Below are positions 1 to 9,079 of a DNA stretch of 20,000 nt, in pieces. This DNA is from Trichomonas gallinae. Its lineage: Eukaryota. The notes beneath the pieces were generated by a model. It had not been told where the DNA came from. It saw only the letters and a program-made list of their open reading frames with translations, and did not search any database. Position 1 is the first letter of the stretch, and every line of letters begins with the position of its first letter. The DNA is taken from NCBI GenBank assembly GCA_008369845.1, contig MRSU01010726.1, forward strand, positions 47,583 to 67,582. Reading direction: 5' to 3'. The position numbers and the translations under genes are program-made.

Positions 1-82
1 TTCAATATGTGAACCATTACAAAGCACTTTTATATATGGTGAATATGAAAAAATATAAAAAGTGACAAAAAATTTAAAGGAA

Positions 83-1480
83 ATGAATGAAAGTGAAAAT
101 CATTATTCGGAGCAAGATGATTATGAAGAAGATGATTTTGAGGAAGAAGTAGTTGAGAAAAAGCCAACAAAAAGACAAATTCGGAAAATACCGAAATTTA
201 AGATTTCGATTTTCTTAATAATAATCATTGGTGCTCTGATAAAAACATATATTCATCGCGTTGAAATTAAAAATATTAAATTAGCAATCAAAAATAATCA
301 ATACAAATATTACATACAAAATCTAGAACTGATGCGCGAAAGACACTCACTTGCAGTCAAGCAAGATTGGGTTACTGTCATTGTAGAAATACTATTACTA
401 CAATTTTCATGGACAATTTATCAATACACGCAAACAGACATGCTTAATATCATTATTTTAATAATTGCGAGATATATGTTAACGGTTTTCCCATTTACAC
501 ACTATAATATACACACATTATGGAAGAAATACCCAGATATATATTATTTACCTGAATTCGAATCTTCATTTCCTCCAAAACAGATTTTATTGCACTTAGT
601 TTTCAATATTATCATTTACTTCTACGAAACATTACTGTTTACGTTTACAAAATTACTAACTAGGCGAAATTCAAGAAAAAATAATGATGATTTATTAAAT
701 TCTTCAACAGAGTCATTAAAAATTAGCTACACATCATCAAAGTTCTTTTGGTTGATACATTGGCTGATAATTACAATATTATTAATTATTATTGCAATTT
801 TCTATCCAATGATTGCTTCTGACCTTAGTAAGAGAATGTATCTAGAAAAATATCAGGAAAAATCAGCTCTAAAAACGATTAGAAGGGTTTCTCGCTCAGT
901 AAAATTTCCATATGGCCAAATAAATGTTGCATTTGAGCGGAAATTAGCGGATAACATCACAATATTCGGATACAAGTCCAAAAACATTGTTATTACTGAA
1001 TCAATGGCGAAAAATTATTCCCCCGAAATTATTTCAGCTTTAATCGCAAAAGAAATCGGTCATTGGTATAACAACGACGATATTTACAAAGCTATATTAC
1101 TTTCAATCCCTATTTTATTCATTTCACTCATTATTCAAGTTTTAGTTCAATTCGGATTATCAGATTTTGGATTTGGCAACGAATTTCCTGATTCCGTGAT
1201 TATCTTCATAATTATAATAGTTTCTGAAGTTGTTTTCGTGTTTTGGACACCTGTTTCGTCCTCTGCAAACAGATCTTTTATTTGCAAGGCAGATTGCTTC
1301 GCAAGCAGCTTCAATGTTCCAATTGCATCAGCCATTCAGCAGTTTTATGATATGCCACGCTATATTCCTTCTAATTTATATCGATGGTTTTATTTCCGCC
1401 TTCCTTTGCCAAATGAAAGGCTTGATTATATCCCACACTGTAAGAAAGTCCTTTGGCCTAAGATTATTGTTAATATTTAA
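83..1480 (+). CDS. Peptidase M48 (Ste24/CAAX prenyl protease 1)-like multi-pass membrane protein, probably catalytically dead
   Basis: Long ORF, first in-frame ATG at 83 (the ORF track starts at GTG 62). It has an acidic N-terminus and several hydrophobic segments. The C-terminal motifs mirror Ste24: IFGYKSKNIVITESM, EIISALIAKEIGHW (cf. E..AVLAHELGHW), RSFICKADCFA (cf. R.FE..AD.FA) and LPLPNERL (cf. HP...ERL). Confidence 0.8.
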   Translation: MNESENHYSEQDDYEEDDFEEEVVEKKPTKRQIRKIPKFKISIFLIIIIGALIKTYIHRVEIKNIKLAIKNNQYKYYIQNLELMRERHSLAVKQDWVTVIVEILLLQFSWTIYQYTQTDMLNIIILIIARYMLTVFPFTHYNIHTLWKKYPDIYYLPEFESSFPPKQILLHLVFNIIIYFYETLLFTFTKLLTRRNSRKNNDDLLNSSTESLKISYTSSKFFWLIHWLIITILLIIIAIFYPMIASDLSKRMYLEKYQEKSALKTIRRVSRSVKFPYGQINVAFERKLADNITIFGYKSKNIVITESMAKNYSPEIISALIAKEIGHWYNNDDIYKAILLSIPILFISLIIQVLVQFGLSDFGFGNEFPDSVIIFIIIIVSEVVFVFWTPVSSSANRSFICKADCFASSFNVPIASAIQQFYDMPRYIPSNLYRWFYFRLPLPNERLDYIPHCKKVLWPKIIVNI

Positions 1481-2296
1481 ATACATTTTCCTTGTTTTGT
1501 TTTTTATTATCCGAAAAATTATACATTTTTATTCATATATAATACAAAATTTACTTATATTGCTCCTATAACATCCAAATTCTTAATTACTACTTTCCTA
1601 ACAAAAAAAAAACATCAAATCTTATTAATTAGCAGTCATTATATTGTATATTTACCTCAATATATTCATTACTAGCTTCTATTATTATATAATATACACT
1701 AATCATGATGACTAAAGTGTTTTTATATTAATTATAGAATTTTAATGCTAAAATTTTATTATTTAGTGGAGTAATTTTGCTACGGTTGAGTATTTAATAC
1801 ATGATGTTTATAATTTGTTATTTTTCATAATTTAGTCGCTTTCTGGGATCTGCAGAAATATATTTAGCAGCCACTAGATTACAATAAACAAAGTTCAATC
1901 AAAAATAATGATGTATCCAAAAACAATTATATTTTCCAAAAAAATCAACGGCTCTTTGTTATCACACAGTATGTTGCTAGTATTAAACAAGCAAACATGA
2001 TGATTGTAGTTCCATTATGTTGTGATCGTGAGTTTTCAATAAGGATTTAATTATTTTTTTTCTCCGAAGCTATTTATATGATGCATCATCCGCAAAACCA
2101 TGATAAAATCGTCCCAAATGACATCAATCAACGTACGAATCAGAATAATACGGTCATATTTTTTGATCACTAAACTCTTGACAAAATCATCAACCAATCA
2201 TTCCATGTTCTTCCTAGCAATGCCTGGTGCCAAGTTTTTCTGTTAAAAATTGTGTTGCCCTTAAAATTACCGGTCAGAATTGATCAAAAATCATAA

Positions 2297-3280
2297 ATGG
2301 ATACATTCAGAGGCTACGACTACTCCTTTTCAGGATTTATAGACTACACGAAGTGCTACAAAGAGGTTAATGTGCTTTGGTTGGTAGTTGGCCTTTGCAT
2401 TTTCTTAGGAACTGTTATATCAGTAATTCCTCAACTATACAACTACGTAAAACTACGATCAAACTTCGGTATAAACTCGCTAGCGGTGTTTATGATAAGT
2501 TTTAGCCAATGGGTACAAACTATGAATTATTTTTGTTTACATAATGCAGACTTTGCCGGTATTACAAGGGCGCAATTCAAAAGATGGTTCCCTAGACTTG
2601 TGTCTTTTTTGAACATTTTCATTCTCTGGTATATATATCTCGGAAATACATTCTTAAACTTGATTTTCTTTGACAAAGAACCAAGAAAACTACGTCCACA
2701 AGAAACTATCAAGCGCAATCGCATCGTTAACGTTACTTTCATGCTTCTTTTACACATTCTCTCGTTTATTGTCATCTTAGTTTTCTATATTATTGGTCCT
2801 CCAATTGGTTTCGCCTCAAATGCGATGTTCTACTACGGCTCTGTGCTCGGAACAATGGGTGGCGTCATCACTGTCATACAATATATACCACAAATGATCA
2901 CAACTTGCAAAGTTCAAGGTCCGGGGTCACTTTCTTTGATATTACTCTGCATACAAGCACCCGGTGGACTTACGAACTCTGCATTCATGATATTCGGAAC
3001 AGGTGAAAACTGGTCCACGTGGTTTCCAACGCTTATGGGCGCTCTTCAGCAATGCGTCTTGATCATTATTATTGTATTTTTCATGTGCAAGAATTGCGGC
3101 AAGAAAGTACAACAGGATGCATCAGACCAAACTGATAGAGACCTTTCAAGGCCTGACGCGGAATTAGATCATCTTTCATCAAATAATGAGGATAATAAAG
3201 CTCAAGATGATGCAAAAGCAGAAGAAAAAGCTGAAGAAAGTTCATCTTCAAAGTCTGTTCCTATCAATAGAGATGATTAA
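2297..3280 (+). CDS. PQ-loop repeat membrane transporter (PQLC/cystinosin-like superfamily)
   Basis: 327-aa ORF with about 7 TM segments and two PQ motifs (VISVIPQL...NFGINSL; IQYIPQM...GPGSLSL), plus an acidic low-complexity C-terminal tail. Confidence 0.9.
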   Translation: MDTFRGYDYSFSGFIDYTKCYKEVNVLWLVVGLCIFLGTVISVIPQLYNYVKLRSNFGINSLAVFMISFSQWVQTMNYFCLHNADFAGITRAQFKRWFPRLVSFLNIFILWYIYLGNTFLNLIFFDKEPRKLRPQETIKRNRIVNVTFMLLLHILSFIVILVFYIIGPPIGFASNAMFYYGSVLGTMGGVITVIQYIPQMITTCKVQGPGSLSLILLCIQAPGGLTNSAFMIFGTGENWSTWFPTLMGALQQCVLIIIIVFFMCKNCGKKVQQDASDQTDRDLSRPDAELDHLSSNNEDNKAQDDAKAEEKAEESSSSKSVPINRDD

Positions 3281-3893
3281 TTTTATAATATATTATTTTT
3301 GTTTATATGCCTTATTAATTCCTTTTAATTTGTAAAATATTATTGATTTTCTTTCAATTCGTTTCATTAATTTTGTTTATAATCTACTTTAACAAGATTT
3401 TTTAATTTTTTGGTAATAAAGCCTAATTTAATAAACAAAAATCATACATAATAGAATCTATGTATGTTTAGCTCTTCTATAGATATTGTGTCATTATTAA
3501 ATAAATTGTCGCATATCCTCAAAAAAGTTCGTCATTTTCAAATTTATATAAAATGATGCAAGAAAAATATAATACTGTTAAATTTAACGATATTGTGTAT
3601 TTTAGCATAGTAATACCTGCAGACAGCCTTCTTTATTTAATTCTTTTTGACAAAATCGAAGAGCTTGCTGCTGAAATTGGAAAGGAGAATTTTGACATCA
3701 ATAAGGTAATAATGCAAATATGGCTCAGAAAAATGCTTCTTGTTATTAAAACTCAAAGATGCTTCCATTTCAGAGCAAACACCTATTTATGCCGTCGAAG
3801 GAGGAAATAAAAACATTCTCATTGAATTGTTCAATCGCAATGGATTCGAAATTACAGATAAGCATTTTACTGCTGCATTGAAATATAATCACA

Positions 3894-4070
3894 ATCATTA
3901 CGATAATTAATTCGTCATTTTCAATTGTATTTCATCAAACATATTTGTTTATCATTATATAAGAAATTCATGGATCATATTTGTTATTCATTAAAATAAA
4001 AAACTCATCAACTCCATTTGTTTGTCACTATTAAAATATATTTATCGATCCCATTTGTTCTTATATTTAT
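3894..4070. repeat. 37-bp minisatellite array 1 (~4-5 degenerate units)
   Basis: TTTGTT cores at 3944, 3980, 4017 and 4054 (36-37 bp spacing). Consensus approx. CATTTGTTTATCATTATTATAAGGAATTCATCAATCA. Confidence 0.8.
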
Positions 4071-4121
4071 TATATGACTCCTCTCACAACTGCAATTAAG
4101 ATGAATTCACTGGAAATTGTT

Positions 4122-4459
4122 CATATATTTGTCATTATTATAGCAAATTCATTTACTGCATATGTCTATCTTTGTTATAAAGTATTCTCCAATCAAATTT
4201 GTTTATCATTATTATATAAATATCAACATTATTGCAAACAATCCTTCAATAACATTTCATTATCATTATTAGAATACATTAATCAATCGCATTTGTTCAT
4301 CATTATTATAACATGTTCCTCGACTGTATTTGTTTATCACTCTTATAACTAATTCATCTGTCCCCTTTGTTTATCATTATTAGAAAACATTCATTATTTA
4401 CATTCGTTTAGCTTGACTAGATGAATTTTATCACTGATATTTGTTCTTCATATTATTAT
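4122..4459. repeat. 37-bp minisatellite array 2 (~9 units)
   Basis: Successive 37-nt units, e.g. catatatttgtcattattatagcaaattcatttactg / catatgtctatctttgttataaagtattctccaatca / catttgttcatcattattataacatgttcctcgactg. Confidence 0.85.
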
Positions 4460-4558
4460 ATGACTCCTCTCTCAATATCTATTGAGATGAACTCACTTGA
4501 AATTGTTCAATATCTTGTCGAACATGGTACAGATGTAAACATGATAGAAATTTATCAT

Positions 4559-4908
4559 ATGCACCTGTTTATCATTTTGATCACGAATTCTTCAATCACA
4601 CTTATTTATCATACTTATATGGAACTCATCAATCACATTTGTTTATCTGTTTTATAAGGAATTTATCATTCACATTTGTTTATCAATATTATAAGGAATT
4701 CATCAATCACATTCTTTTCTCATTATTTTTGCCAATTCATCGATTTCATTTGTTTATCATTATTAAACACAATTTATTAAACATATCTGTTTATCATTAT
4801 TATACACAACTAATCAATCACTAATGTACATCATTATAATAACGAAATCATTAATCATCTCCGTTTATCATTATTATATTGGATTCATCAATCAGATTTG
4901 TTTATTAT
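4559..4908. repeat. 37-bp minisatellite array 3 (~9.5 units)
   Basis: Best-conserved array, e.g. catttgtttatctgttttataaggaatttatcattca / catttgtttatcaatattataaggaattcatcaatca; exact 37-nt period through nine units. Confidence 0.9.
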
Positions 4909-5007
4909 TCATATCCACTCTTTAATGCTGTCCCAAAAGCATCTCTTGAAATTATTCAATTCCTTGTTGAATATGATGCAGATGTCAACGCTGAAAATGC
5001 TCATCAA

Positions 5008-5402
5008 TCATATTTATCTATCATTGTTTTAAGGAATTCATCAGTTGCTTATGCTTATCATTATGATAAGAAATTCATTAAGTGCGAATATTTTTCTTTA
5101 TTATAAAAGATTTATCGCTATTAAATAATATATATCAATCACATTTGTTTATCTATATTATTTCCAATTTATCATTATAATAACATATTCGCCAGTCACA
5201 TTTGTTTATCAATAAATTATGGAATTTGTCAAAAATATTTGTTCATCATTATTATAAAAATTCGTCAATTGCAACTGTTAATCAATGCTATAATTGATTT
5301 ATCAATATCATATGTTTATTATCATTATAAGTAATCCACCAATCATATGTTATTCATTATGTTAAAAATATCATCAATCACATTTGTTCATCATTATATT
5401 AA
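5008..5402. repeat. 37-bp minisatellite array 4 (~11 units, some with internal deletions)
   Basis: Same consensus, e.g. tatttatctatcattgttttaaggaattcatcagttg and catttgtttatcaataaattatggaatttgtcaaaaa. Confidence 0.85.
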
Positions 5403-5504
5403 ACTACTCCTCTTTCATTTGCTATTGAAATAGGAAGACCGATGGAAATTGTTCAATTCCTTGTTGAGCATGGTGCCAACGTCAATATGCAAGTATTTCA
5501 TCAA

Positions 5505-5653
5505 TAACAATTGTTTATCAATAATATAAATAATTCACCATTCACCATCGTGTATCAATATTAAAAGCAATTTATCCATCACATTTGTTTATCCTTATTA
5601 TAAGGAATTCATTAACTTCATATGCTTATCATTATTATAAGAAATCACTAAAT
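5505..5653. repeat. 37-bp minisatellite array 5 (~4 units)
   Basis: Same consensus, e.g. catttgtttatccttattataaggaattcattaactt / catatgcttatcattattataagaaatc. Confidence 0.85.
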
Positions 5654-6779
5654 TATTCAATTTTAGATTTAGCTAAGCGCATTGCTCCGGTACAATTTTC
5701 ATATATACAATCAAAAATAAATTGAATGTCATATTACAAGTGATTTCTGGGAAATGGCAATTAAAATTTCCCTATTATTCAGACTAATAAACTTAAGTTT
5801 AAACTCTTATTATTTCAATGAGATATGTTTAACAATTATATTTTCCTTTTGCATTGAACAATTTCCCTCAAACCTTTGGCATATAATTAGACACCATATT
5901 ATTCATCTATACTATAACAAAGTCATAAAGATATTCATTAGCTTAAGAGTTAATGAGACAGTTCTGTTTTTTGACAAAAAAATTATCGAAACAATTCATT
6001 AACAAGTGTAGCTTATTATAGATATCAATCATTTATTTTAATTTAATAGACAGCATGATGACCCATCATTCTATATTAAAGACTCACTAATAGTTCTGGA
6101 AAACATCATTTTAATGGTATATATATTATTTAATTTCTTCATGCATAGAATTGGTGCAGCATGTTGTTGTAAACATGGAGGAATTAATCTTATGTCTATA
6201 CATCCAAGTAACAACAAGATCAAATCTGAGAAACTTTCCGTGAAAATAAGGTTCACCATATTGGTCTTAATAAATGATCGCGAATCTATAGGTTGAATAA
6301 CAATCATAAATTGCTATTTATAGTGGTTACTGATTCTAACTTTCAATCACTGCATCAATTTAATTGATTCCAAAATATGATCTGAAATCAAAATCGTGAA
6401 TAAATGATTTGTGATCGAAAATTGTAAAACTAGTGTAAAATGATATGCAATGGAAAAGTCGACACGATCAAACACACAACGAAAAAAATTTTCGTGAAAT
6501 ATTTCTCGATTAATACATATTAAAAAGCTCAAAAAATGAAATATATGATTTTGAAGACGTCCAATGATCAAATTAAAAAAAAATTATAAAAACATAAATA
6601 AAAGGTTAATCACTCATGGAATAGATAGCTGTGGCTGTATAAAGAGAAATGAAACAGTTGTTGCGATCAGATTCACAAGTTTTGAAAAATATTTTAAACA
6701 TCGAAAATTTTCGATGTATCTCGGGTTAATAATGGTAGATCTGTTGTTTTATTAAAAAAATGAAATATGGTCGGAGACT

Positions 6780-6789
6780 TCACTTCACT
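6780..6789 (+). promoter_or_regulatory. Tandem trichomonad-type initiator (Inr) elements TCACT-TCACT
   Basis: TCACTTCACT ending 11 nt upstream of the ATG at 6801; matches the TCA(T/C)(T/A) Inr typical of trichomonad genes. Confidence 0.7.
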
Positions 6790-6800
6790 TTAGAAAAGGA

Positions 6801-7451
6801 ATGTCTGACGCAATCCCACAGGAATACTTAGATCTCCACGAGAAGCGCCTCCAGGAGGTCCTCCAGTACTATGAAAAGGGAGAATGGAAATTATCAAAGG
6901 AAGAACCAACAATCAAATTCTACACAGCTACATACCCAGGCAGCTCATTCTCAATGGTAAAGTCTGTCGTTTCCATTGCAGGAAAGCACGATGAAACAGT
7001 CAAGATCCTAAACACCGTTGGGAAGATCGATGAAAAGACACCAAAGGAAGTTGCTGATGGCACAAAGCTCAGAGAGATCTTCGGCGGTGAAGAGGGTGGT
7101 GCCCGCTACATTTACATGGTCCTCGATTCTGGCTCTCGTCTTGTTTCTAACAGAGAATTCCTTGTTGTCAGAAAGCGCTACGATATTGACACAAAGATCA
7201 TCTGGCTTTGCGTTTCTGTCGACAACACAACAATCAGACCAGTCGGAAAGGGCAATGTTCGTGGCAACATGACATTCCAGGCCTACATCCTTGAAAAGGA
7301 TCCAGATAATGAGGGTGCTGATCGCCTTACATTCATCGTTCATGCTGACCCATGCGGCTCAATCCCAGCTATGGTTTACAACTCTGTTGCTGTTAACCAA
7401 GGAAACGGTGCTCGTAAGATCCGTGATGAAGTTCTTGGCGAGAAGAAATAA
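6801..7451 (+). CDS. START-domain (StAR-related lipid transfer) protein
   Basis: 216-aa ORF with strongly biased codon usage. Motifs: W-K-L..E..IKFY, LVSNREFLVVRKR (cf. VS.RDFV..R), SV....P..KGNVRG and LTFIVHADPCGSIPAMVYN (cf. D.KG.IP...VN). Confidence 0.9.
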   Translation: MSDAIPQEYLDLHEKRLQEVLQYYEKGEWKLSKEEPTIKFYTATYPGSSFSMVKSVVSIAGKHDETVKILNTVGKIDEKTPKEVADGTKLREIFGGEEGGARYIYMVLDSGSRLVSNREFLVVRKRYDIDTKIIWLCVSVDNTTIRPVGKGNVRGNMTFQAYILEKDPDNEGADRLTFIVHADPCGSIPAMVYNSVAVNQGNGARKIRDEVLGEKK

Positions 7452-7726
7452 ATCTTTTTCCCTTTTTGAATGAATTCTTCGCATATTTATAATTTTCGAA
7501 AAAAATAATCAGAAATATGTCTATTTCCAAACTATGATATGAATATATATGTTGTATGGTAATAAAATTTATATGTTAAAGTGTTGAAATCGCAAAATAA
7601 AATTATTTGATAATTAAAAACTAGGAATTTAACAATGTTAATGCGACAAATTAAATATATATTAGCGTCTTAATGCAAATATATGATTAAAAGTTGTTTT
7701 GTTTTAAAAAAGTGAATAACCTCAAA

Positions 7727-7754
7727 AAAGTGACTGTTAAATACTGACTTCATT
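7727..7754 (+). promoter_or_regulatory. AAAGTGAC motif plus Inr (TCATT) upstream of hypothetical gene
   Basis: AAAGTGAC at 7727-7734 and TCATT at 7750-7754, with the ATG at 7758. Confidence 0.55.
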
Positions 7755-7757
7755 CCA

Positions 7758-8438
7758 ATGACTGAAGAAATTCTCAAATCTTTACAACTTCAGCAGCAAT
7801 GTAACGCATTCAGCGCTGATATGACTTTATTTACGAAATTTCGTAATTATATACAAGGAGGAAATACTTTTGTTAAAGAATGGCCTAGATTTAAACAAAG
7901 TAAGGGTAATACTAATTTTGAATGCCAAGATCTAAATCTATTAATCGATGTGTTATCTAAATTATATGAAAAAACTTTAGATGTTCCAATTACAGTAGAT
8001 TTGTTAAAGAAATACATTAAAATATCAGAAGTACCTGCAAAACCAAATCAAAGTTCAAATGCAGCTCCAGCACAGACAAAAGATGCAGCTAAACAAACAC
8101 AAAATCGAGCTCAAACAAATATAAAAACTAATGGAATCGGAAATATCAACCAACAGATACAACAACCAAAGAGAGAGCAAGTAGAACAACAGCCTGCTGA
8201 ACCAGTACAACAACCTGCTCCACCAAAAAGAGTTAGAAAAATTCAAAAAGCGCCAGAGCCTATTGTCTTAGACCAAGCTCAATCAACGGTACCAGATATT
8301 CCATATGTAATAGAGAATGGTGTTCTTAAATTGTTGAATAAAGAGATTTCTGACCAACTCAAGGTTCAGATATCCAAGGTTCTTGGTGTATCACCTTCCA
8401 TGGGCTTCTGTTCGGTTCGTTTTGATCTGAAACAATAA
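7758..8438 (+). CDS. Hypothetical protein: N-terminal helical domain, Q/P/A-rich linker, short C-terminal domain
   Basis: 226-aa ORF with Inr immediately upstream and coding-like composition; no family recognised. Confidence 0.8.
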   Translation: MTEEILKSLQLQQQCNAFSADMTLFTKFRNYIQGGNTFVKEWPRFKQSKGNTNFECQDLNLLIDVLSKLYEKTLDVPITVDLLKKYIKISEVPAKPNQSSNAAPAQTKDAAKQTQNRAQTNIKTNGIGNINQQIQQPKREQVEQQPAEPVQQPAPPKRVRKIQKAPEPIVLDQAQSTVPDIPYVIENGVLKLLNKEISDQLKVQISKVLGVSPSMGFCSVRFDLKQ

Positions 8439-8823
8439 AAAAATATTATTAACACTAGAGTGAAAATCAAATAATTAGCAAAATGATCATTTTACTCATT
8501 TATTCGATTATATAATATCAGATTTATATTATTACATTAAATTAAAAGAATATTTTAATACTTGAAAATAATTTTTTTTCGTTTTTAGACAAGATATGAT
8601 TGTTGCAAGCATTAAAATGTCAATGAAATTGTTGATAATGATCATTGGATTAGATTTCTAAATTATTATAATTTTAGGAAATTACAATCTTTTTAAAGAA
8701 AAATCAATGACAACAATGATCAATTTCTTTATGGTTTTACATGCATTTGATGAAAACTTTAGAATTGAAAAATTCAATATATTGGGGTTTATAGTCATCA
8801 CCGTTTTTATTGGAATCACCATG

Positions 8824-8901
8824 ACTTTATTCGAATAAGTTCATTATTCCAAATTCGACTTAATTCCAAATTATAGCACTATTCCAAATTCACTTTATTC
8901 G
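8824..8901. repeat. Short degenerate ~17-18-bp tandem repeat (ATTCCAAATT x3, flanked by ACTTTATTCG x2)
   Basis: ATTCCAAATT at 8846, 8863 and 8881; ACTTTATTCG at 8824 and 8892. Confidence 0.65.
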
Positions 8902-9079
8902 CGTTTTTATTTTTAGGCGAGTTCTGAGGTACGTAAAATAAAAATAATAATTGTTTGAAAACGTTGACCAATTAATTAAGCTACTATGCTATAATTTGTT
9001 TTTGTATTGAATTGCTCAAATAAATGTATTGTTATGATGAATCGAATTGAAACAGGTAAATCATGTCTACAATCTATGC

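Larger units (their letters stand above)
3505..5725 (+). pseudogene. Fragmented DUF3447 + ankyrin-repeat gene interrupted by 37-bp tandem arrays (pseudogene or non-canonically processed gene)
   Basis: Pieces occur in different frames. N-terminal part 3505-3712 (..LILFDKIEELAAEIGKENFDINK). DUF3447-like part 3713-3910 (CKYGSEKCFLLL..IYAVEGGNKNILIELF..AALKYNHN*). Ankyrin modules at 4074-4121 (MTPLTTAIKMNSLEIV, truncated), 4460-4558, 4909-5007 and 5403-5504. C-terminal cap at 5654-5725 (YSILDLAKRIAPVQFSYIQSKIN*). Confidence 0.8.

Noticed and set aside
2078..2245. Short upstream ORFs (31-48 aa) before the PQ-loop gene
   Set aside because: Too short, with no recognisable motif; trichomonad 5' UTRs are typically very short, so these are unlikely to be in the mRNA.
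3706..3728. 23-nt GT...AG micro-intron that might repair the DUF3447 frameshift
   Set aside because: Removal gives the wrong frame (an early stop), deletes the conserved CKYGS codons, and there is no branch-point motif.
4074..5106. ORF-track entries 4074..4352, 4421..4657, 4639..4824 and 4879..5106 as independent genes
   Set aside because: They are single ankyrin modules plus read-through into satellite DNA, or pure satellite translation.
3894..5653. CRISPR array interpretation of the 37-bp repeats
   Set aside because: Units are head-to-tail with no unique spacers, are highly degenerate, have no cas genes nearby, and the context is eukaryotic.
5493..5666. Canonical spliceosomal intron GTATTT(5493)...TTTTAG(5666) for array 5; GTATTTCATCAA also occurs at 3927
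   Set aside because: Splicing at these sites would not keep the LDLAKR cap in frame, and the equivalent positions in arrays 3 and 4 have no GT or AG, so canonical splicing cannot explain the pattern.
5754..6755. Short ORFs 5754..6002, 6071..6307, 6114..6296, 6347..6571 and 6564..6755, including a faint ubiquitin-conjugating-enzyme-like look (EPYFHGKF..FTTTC) on the minus strand near 6150-6265
   Set aside because: AT-driven I/F/L/K/N composition and no convincing motif; the E2 resemblance needs several assumed frameshifts and cannot be supported without a search.
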